In this document: piece after piece, positions 58,403 to 64,000 of the stretch
How the letters are laid out: the number at the start of each line of letters is the position of its first letter
Numbering within the stretch: position 1 is the first letter of the stretch
Source of the DNA: Promethearchaeia archaeon
GTDB taxonomy: Archaea > Asgardarchaeota > Lokiarchaeia > Sigyniarchaeales > SOKP01
DNA length: 64,000 nucleotides
Direction: 5' to 3'
Assembly (NCBI GenBank): GCA_029856145.1
Contig: JAHQWK010000001.1
Location: forward strand, 320,001-384,000
Position numbers and translations under genes: made by a program
Notes under the pieces: generated by a model
What the model saw: the letters and a program-made list of their open reading frames with translations, nothing else
Databases searched by the model: none
What the model was told of the DNA's origin: nothing

Positions 58403-59248
58403 ATGAGCGAAGAAGAGAAAATACTTAAAATCGGTATCCTCAAGAATGGTACCATCGGCTCATCAGTCCTATTGGCTTTTCTCATGGACGAAAGGGCTGA
58501 ATCCACAAGAATTAATGTATATGAAGTAACATCTGGAGCGAAGATGCACCCTCCATCCGTCTGTACTGCAACAATGGAAGATTTATTAAAATGGGAGCCA
58601 GAATTAATAATAATGTCTAGTCCAAATGCTTCTTTACCGGGTCCTAAAGCAGTTAGGGAAATGGCAGGAGCGATCCCTACTATAGTAATTTCTGATGCCC
58701 CTGCTAAAAAATCTATTGATGAAATAAAAGAAAAGAATATGGGGTACATATTAGTGAATTGTGATAGTATGATCGGAGCACGCAGACCTTTTCTTGATCC
58801 CGTTGAAATGAGTATTTTTAACTCAGATTTATTAAAGGTGCTTGCAATCACAGGAGCGCTTCAAGTAATTGCTGAAGAATTAAATAAAGTCATAATGGAT
58901 ATGCTTGAGAATAGATCAACCTCTTTACCTCAAATTATCATCGATGCGAATATAGCTACAGAAGCTGCTAAATTTTCTAATCCTTATGCAAAAGCTAAAG
59001 CGATCGCTGCATTTGAACTAGCAGCTTCAGTTTCTAAAGTTACTGGAAAAGCGTGTTTCCAATTAAAAGAAAGACCTGACTATATGCCATTATTAGCGGC
59101 AGCCCACGAAATGATGAGGACTGCAGCTCTCCTGTGTGATGAAGCAAGAGAAATTGAAAAATCTAATGATACAGTTATAAGAAGACCACATCATGCAAAA
59201 CAACAAAAATTCTTAACAAAAATTGGGTTAGATGATAAAGAACAATAA
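58403..59248 (+). CDS. mtd: F420-dependent methylenetetrahydromethanopterin dehydrogenase
   Basis: K.G.IG, DERA, SGAKM, SPN...PGP, DSMIGARR.FLDP.EM, FSNPYAKAKA, AAHEMMR, R.PH. Confidence 0.94.
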   Translation: MSEEEKILKIGILKNGTIGSSVLLAFLMDERAESTRINVYEVTSGAKMHPPSVCTATMEDLLKWEPELIIMSSPNASLPGPKAVREMAGAIPTIVISDAPAKKSIDEIKEKNMGYILVNCDSMIGARRPFLDPVEMSIFNSDLLKVLAITGALQVIAEELNKVIMDMLENRSTSLPQIIIDANIATEAAKFSNPYAKAKAIAAFELAASVSKVTGKACFQLKERPDYMPLLAAAHEMMRTAALLCDEAREIEKSNDTVIRRPHHAKQQKFLTKIGLDDKEQ

Positions 59249-59315
59249 TAAAATACTAAATAATCATAATTTTTTAAAAATCTAATTTTTTATTTTCAAT
59301 CTTTTAAACTTCTAT

Positions 59316-60281
59316 TTAAAAATCAGAAGATTTCAAATAAAGTATTAAGTTTTTAAATTCATCGCCAGTTAACGCATTCATGACACTTGAAAATACTTCA
59401 GTTTGTTTGTTTCTTGTTACAGCCATTAAAACTGCTCCGTTACTAACTTCTTTCACTAAAATCCAACAATTATCCGATTCATAGACGATAGTAGATAATG
59501 ATAAAGGAGAAAGATTTGAAACGCTTTGAAGTTCCATAATTTGCTGATAAATACTATAAATATTAGAATCTAAAGTCCCAATTTCAAATTTCATAAATTT
59601 TAATGGTTTTGATTCAAATTTACCAAATGTAGAAGAAATCAATAATCCATCGGGTTGATTGAATAAAAGGTATTCTGATAAAGTATTGAGCTTTAATTCA
59701 TCCAATAAATGACGTATTTTTCCTAAACGTTGCAAAGACAAAGTATTCTTTTGAATTTCATAATCAAGAATTTCAATTAATCTATGTTGAGCACTCCCTT
59801 CTTTAACAGAAACAGGAGTAAATGAGAGTTTTGATATTAAACCATTATTCATATCCTTTGTTAGTATTTCATAGAAATTATCTTCCTTTGATTCTTTTAG
59901 ATCAATTTTATTTAGTAAAACATAGACTTTATCAATCTTAGGAGAGAATTCAAGGATATACTTCAAAAATTTATCAAAAATATCACGTACTTCAGGATCT
60001 ATCGCAGCAGAATCAACCATAAAAACAGCCGTGGCTGCCTCCGAAAATATCAGTTCCCGTTGGGATTCTGAGAAGTATCTTTCCATGTAGCGTTCTTGAC
60101 CGCCTAGATCCCAGACATTCAGCTCCATAATGCCACGGAAGATAAAGTTTTCCCTCGAAACCCCTTTAGTCGGTTTTAAGTTTAACACCTTCATAAAATT
60201 ATATCCAAGGCATGTTGTTCGCATTAATGACGTTTTTCCTGCTCCAGCTGGCCCAAAAAGTAAGATTTTTATGATTAACAA
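59316..60281 (-). CDS. Rag/Gtr1-like small GTPase with C-terminal roadblock-like domain (eukaryotic signature protein)
   Basis: G1 GPAGAGKTS, G2 PT, G3 WDLGGQERYM, G4 NKID. The C-terminal ~130 aa follow an alpha-beta-beta-alpha-beta-beta-beta pattern (LLFNQPDGLLISS ... WILVKEV..GAVLMAVT). Confidence 0.85.
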   Translation of the reverse strand: MLIIKILLFGPAGAGKTSLMRTTCLGYNFMKVLNLKPTKGVSRENFIFRGIMELNVWDLGGQERYMERYFSESQRELIFSEAATAVFMVDSAAIDPEVRDIFDKFLKYILEFSPKIDKVYVLLNKIDLKESKEDNFYEILTKDMNNGLISKLSFTPVSVKEGSAQHRLIEILDYEIQKNTLSLQRLGKIRHLLDELKLNTLSEYLLFNQPDGLLISSTFGKFESKPLKFMKFEIGTLDSNIYSIYQQIMELQSVSNLSPLSLSTIVYESDNCWILVKEVSNGAVLMAVTRNKQTEVFSSVMNALTGDEFKNLILYLKSSDF

Positions 60282-60504
60282 CTCCTATCTATAACATTCG
60301 ATGAATTGAATAATAAAATTTTCATTTATATGCAACCCGATTTAGTATTTATTTTTTAATTACTTTTTATATATTTTTTATAAATTTATTTTTTATATAT
60401 TTTGCTTTTGTATGAATTTGATCTAATGACGATTCAATTAAATATCATTTTTAATTAATTTAAATAAATTGTATTCGAAAATTAAAAAGATAAAATGAAT
60501 TTAA

Positions 60505-61032
60505 ATGAATTTAGAAGATTATATAAGGAACGTACCTGATTTCCCTGTTGAGGGAATTCAGTTTAAAGATGTTACAACATTAGCGAAAGTACACTCAGCC
60601 TTTAAAGAATCGTGCGATAGAATTATTAATTACTATAGAGATAAAGGAATTACTAAAGTAGCAGCCATTGAAGCACGGGGATATGTGTGGGGTGGGGTTA
60701 TAGCTTATCAATTAGGTACTGGATTTGTTTTAATGAGAAAACCAGGTAAATTACCATATAAAACTCTAAAAGAAACTTATGAACTAGAGTATGGGACAGA
60801 TAGTATTGAAATGCACGTTGATGCAATTGAAGAAGGAGATAGAGTATTAGTTTTTGATGATTTATTAGCTACTGGAGGGACCGCCAAAGCAGCATGTAAT
60901 TTAGTAGAGAAGGCTGGTGGCGAAGTAATAGGAATAGCGTTTGTAATTGAATTAACAGGAAGTTTACATGGTAGAGATAAATTAGAAGGTTATAATATTC
61001 TTTCTTTAATTGAAATTCCAGTTGAAGAATGA
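60505..61032 (+). CDS. apt: Adenine phosphoribosyltransferase
   Basis: PDFP..GI.FKD, EARG, RKPGKLP, YELEYG, DDLLATGGT. Confidence 0.96.
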   Translation: MNLEDYIRNVPDFPVEGIQFKDVTTLAKVHSAFKESCDRIINYYRDKGITKVAAIEARGYVWGGVIAYQLGTGFVLMRKPGKLPYKTLKETYELEYGTDSIEMHVDAIEEGDRVLVFDDLLATGGTAKAACNLVEKAGGEVIGIAFVIELTGSLHGRDKLEGYNILSLIEIPVEE

Positions 61033-61089
61033 AATAATCTCAACGCAACGCAAACTTGTTAAGGACATTTTTAAAAAACAATAATTTTT

Positions 61090-62088
61090 TTATATTCTTT
61101 CTAATTCTGGTGGAATATAGCCAAATGTATTAAAAAATCTTTTCCTTACCATATCGCTATTAAAATTTTGAGTTTGAGCTCCAGTTGTTTCCACTACAAA
61201 AGATCCAATTATTGCGCCTAATCGGCATGCATCCAATAGAGTCATATCTAAAGTTAAACCCGTTAGTATTCCAGCACGATATCCATCTCCTGCACCAGTA
61301 GTATCTTCGATCTTATTGGGGGCCGCAATAGGAATATGAACTTTAAAAATCTTATCATTCTCATCTTTATAAATCAATTTAGATCCTTTAGATCCTTCTG
61401 TTATTATAATTGCTTTGACATGTTCAAGAATATTCTCTTCAGTTAACTCGGATTTCTCTTTTATTTGATTTATTTCATGATTATTTCCAATTAATATTTC
61501 TGATTTCTTGAGCAGTTCTATTAAATTATCTTTTTTGAAAAGTGGTGTCACTTGGCCAGGATCAAATATAGAGGGGATTTTTAAATCACTTAACTGAAGA
61601 GCAAAATTAGCCATAGCTTCTACACTCTGTGTTGAATTTATAGCATAAACAAACTCTTCTGGATTTGAAATTTTCTCTTTTAGATCAATATCCTTACATT
61701 TATCTAAAGCACCACCATGAAAAATAATCATTTGATTAGATTTAATATCATTAACTATGTAACAAGCAGCAGTGAAAAGATCTTCATGCACATCAATGAG
61801 TAATTCAACGTTTTTAAATTGTTTTAAATGTCCCATATATCCCAAACTCTCAAAATCATCTCCTACCGAACCAAATAAAGAAACTTTTGCAATATTTAAA
61901 AGCCCTAGATTATAAGCAATATTACCGGCAGTTCCTCCAAAAAATTGATAACGACTGTCTGCTGTAACAGTACTTTGATATTCTTCCTTATCGTGATTGA
62001 TAGATACCGCGTTAATAAAATTCTCTTTAAAGGCCATAATATAATCAAAAGCCAATGATCCAAGAACCAGAACTTTGTTTTTTACCAT
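61090..62088 (-). CDS. PfkB-family nucleoside/adenosine kinase
   Basis: GSLAFD, FGGTAGNIAYNL, FDPGQ, N..E, DTTGAGDGYRAG. Confidence 0.88.
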   Translation of the reverse strand: MVKNKVLVLGSLAFDYIMAFKENFINAVSINHDKEEYQSTVTADSRYQFFGGTAGNIAYNLGLLNIAKVSLFGSVGDDFESLGYMGHLKQFKNVELLIDVHEDLFTAACYIVNDIKSNQMIIFHGGALDKCKDIDLKEKISNPEEFVYAINSTQSVEAMANFALQLSDLKIPSIFDPGQVTPLFKKDNLIELLKKSEILIGNNHEINQIKEKSELTEENILEHVKAIIITEGSKGSKLIYKDENDKIFKVHIPIAAPNKIEDTTGAGDGYRAGILTGLTLDMTLLDACRLGAIIGSFVVETTGAQTQNFNSDMVRKRFFNTFGYIPPELERI

Positions 62089-62239
62089 GAAATATTAAAT
62101 TAATTTTTAGAAATATATTTTACACTAATCAATATTATGTTTAAACTTTATAGAATTTGGCAGCAACGAGTAAGTTTAATAACAAATAATTTATAAAATT
62201 TTAAATTTAATACTTTAAAAACTGCATAAGTTGAAAATT

Positions 62240-62989
62240 ATGGCAAAAATAGGAATAATTGGTGGCTCAGGATTAGATAATCCCGACATTTTAAAGAGTG
62301 CTATAGATATACATGTTGATACACCATATGGAAAGCCTACTTCCCCTTTAAGAATTGGGAAGATTAATGATGTTGATGTGGTTCTCATAGCAAGACATGG
62401 AAGAGAGCATATAATTCCTCCCACACAAGTAAATTATAGAGCTAATATACAAGCATTAAAAGATCAAGGGTGCTCCCATATCCTTGCAACAACTGCTTGC
62501 GGGAGTTTAAGAGAAGAGATAGATAGAGGTGATCTAGTTATTCTCGATCAATTTATAGACTTCACCCGTCTCAGAAAAATATCTTTTTTTGAAGAATTTG
62601 CCCCTGGAGATATGAAGCATACACCAATGGCTGATCCTTATTCAGAAAAATTAAGAAAAATTCTTATTGAAACTGCTAAGGAGCTGAATCTTAAACATCA
62701 TGAAGCTGGAACAGTTGTTACCATTGAAGGTCCTAGATTTTCTACAAGAGCAGAATCAAATATGTTTCGGATATGGGGTGCTGATGTGATAAATATGAGT
62801 ATCGCTCCTGAGACTATTTTAGCAAACGAAGCCGGTATTCCATATGCCGCTGTTGCTATGTCTACAGATTATGATTGCTGGAAAGAAGATGAAGCTCCAG
62901 TTACTTGGGAAGAGATATTAGAAATATTTGGCAAAAATGTTGATAGTGTTATCGCTTTATTAACAAATGCTATTAGTAAAATAAAATAA
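62240..62989 (+). CDS. mtnP: S-methyl-5'-thioadenosine phosphorylase
   Basis: IGIIGGSG, TPYG, RHG..H..PP, TACGSL, DQFID, EGPRFSTRAES, NM, TDYDCW. Confidence 0.94.
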   Translation: MAKIGIIGGSGLDNPDILKSAIDIHVDTPYGKPTSPLRIGKINDVDVVLIARHGREHIIPPTQVNYRANIQALKDQGCSHILATTACGSLREEIDRGDLVILDQFIDFTRLRKISFFEEFAPGDMKHTPMADPYSEKLRKILIETAKELNLKHHEAGTVVTIEGPRFSTRAESNMFRIWGADVINMSIAPETILANEAGIPYAAVAMSTDYDCWKEDEAPVTWEEILEIFGKNVDSVIALLTNAISKIK

Positions 62990-63176
62990 CTATTAACTTT
63001 CTTGGTAACTGTTTCCTATTTTTTTTCTTCTTGAACCAATAATGATTAATTAATATAAAAAAGAAGTCTTTATTGCTATTTTTAGGAATTTTTAAAAAAG
63101 TTGATATTTCTTAATTGTTTTTTTAAAATAATATGTTTTTATGATATTTAGAGCTAATTTTTAATTTCTTTAAAAT

Positions 63177-64000
63177 ATGACAAAAATATCCTTTTTGGGA
63201 AGTTGCAGAGAAGTTGGGCGTTCATGTATTTTAGTTGAATCAAATAGTGGCTCAAAATGCTTATTAGATTATGGTATTAGATTCAATAACGATAATAGAC
63301 TACCACTTAAAGCAGATTTATCTAATTTGAAATCAATTGCTCTTACTCACAGTCATGTGGATCATTCAGGAGCATTACCATTTATATATAAAACACATAA
63401 AGTTCCATTCTTTACTAATTCAATTTCACTAGAAATTGCTGAACTCTTAATAAGAGATATGATAAAAATTTCAAAATTTCCATATCCATTTGGTTTCAGA
63501 GAATTAGATCTTTTAAGGCAAAATTCTTATTTTCTTAAGAATGGTATTCGTCAAAAGATAGATGATAATTTTTTTATAACTTTTATTGATGCTGGGCACA
63601 TACCTGGAAGTGTTTCAATTTTACTTGAAGTCGATAATAAACGTATATTTTATTCTGGAGATATAAATACTCAAAAAACTAATTTAATCAATCCTGCTAA
63701 TTATATGGATGTACCTGAATTGGATGCTTTGATTATTGAGTCCACTTATGCTTTAAAAGAACATCCCCCAAGAAAATTACTTGAGGAAAAATTTATAGAG
63801 AAAGTTATTGAGATTACTGAAAATGGTGGGAAAGTCTTAATTCCTGCCTTTGGTGTTGCTCGTTCACAAGAAGCGTTGTTGATTTTAGAAAAATACAACT
63901 ATACTGGTAAAATTTTTATAGATGGACTAGCTAGAAAAGTCTCTAACATCTATTTAGAGTATCCAGAGTTTATTAAAGATATAAAAGCTTTTAGAAAAAT
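63177..64000 (+). CDS. Metallo-beta-lactamase/beta-CASP ribonuclease (aCPSF2-like), 3'-partial, not in the ORF track
   Basis: MTKISFLGSCREVGRS, LDYG, THSHVDHSGALP, AGHIPGS, YSGD, IESTY, LIPAFGVARSQE; frame open to the window end. Confidence 0.9.
   Translation, partial: MTKISFLGSCREVGRSCILVESNSGSKCLLDYGIRFNNDNRLPLKADLSNLKSIALTHSHVDHSGALPFIYKTHKVPFFTNSISLEIAELLIRDMIKISKFPYPFGFRELDLLRQNSYFLKNGIRQKIDDNFFITFIDAGHIPGSVSILLEVDNKRIFYSGDINTQKTNLINPANYMDVPELDALIIESTYALKEHPPRKLLEEKFIEKVIEITENGGKVLIPAFGVARSQEALLILEKYNYTGKIFIDGLARKVSNIYLEYPEFIKDIKAFRK

Noticed and set aside
57320-59248. Evidence of methanogenesis
   Set aside because: ftr and mtd also occur in non-methanogens; there is no mcr or mtr in the window.
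2561-62424. Short antisense or overlapping ORFs in the track (e.g. 2561-2764, 6567-6851, 30375-30752, 39983-40384, 48128-48463, 58381-58851, 62215-62424)
   Set aside because: They overlap well-supported genes and have shadow-ORF composition (S/F/I/L-rich) with no motifs.
1-64000. tRNA, rRNA, CRISPR arrays, IS elements
   Set aside because: By eye, there are no GC-rich structured intergenic segments, regularly spaced repeats or transposase ORFs. A covariance-model search would be needed to exclude small ncRNAs.

Overview
AT-rich (roughly 30% GC by eye), gene-dense archaeal window, most likely from a Lokiarchaeia/Promethearchaeota (Asgard) genome. This assignment is inferred from a Rag-like GTPase-roadblock fusion, H4MPT C1 genes (ftr, mtd), an alpha2-type GlyRS, GGTGA-type ribosome-binding sites, oligo-T terminators, TPR proteins and small Zn-ribbon proteins. 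About 40 kb (2.6-42 kb) is a lipid-catabolism region. It holds 3 acyl-CoA ligases, 2 acyl-CoA dehydrogenases, 2 crotonases, FadH, a FabK/NMO-like flavoprotein, 5 thiolase-fold proteins that lack the canonical nucleophile-Cys motif, 5 DUF35 Zn-ribbon/OB proteins, 2 stand-alone SCP2 proteins, a CrtI/RetSat-like oxidoreductase with an FNR-[2Fe-2S] partner, Fe-ADH, AOR, a BKACE enzyme and GlpD. No 3-hydroxyacyl-CoA dehydrogenase or canonical thiolase is present in the window. The leading hypothesis (inference) is an anaerobic retro-aldol/AOR chain-shortening system for branched, isoprenoid or steroid lipids, including an Ltp3/Ltp4-like complex. The window also contains a 5'-truncated N6-adenine MTase-TRD fusion, two small Zn-ribbon genes missed by the ORF track, two gene remnants, a pair of sequon-rich surface proteins, purine/MTA salvage genes and a 3'-truncated beta-CASP nuclease. 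No rRNA, tRNA, CRISPR array or transposase was recognised.
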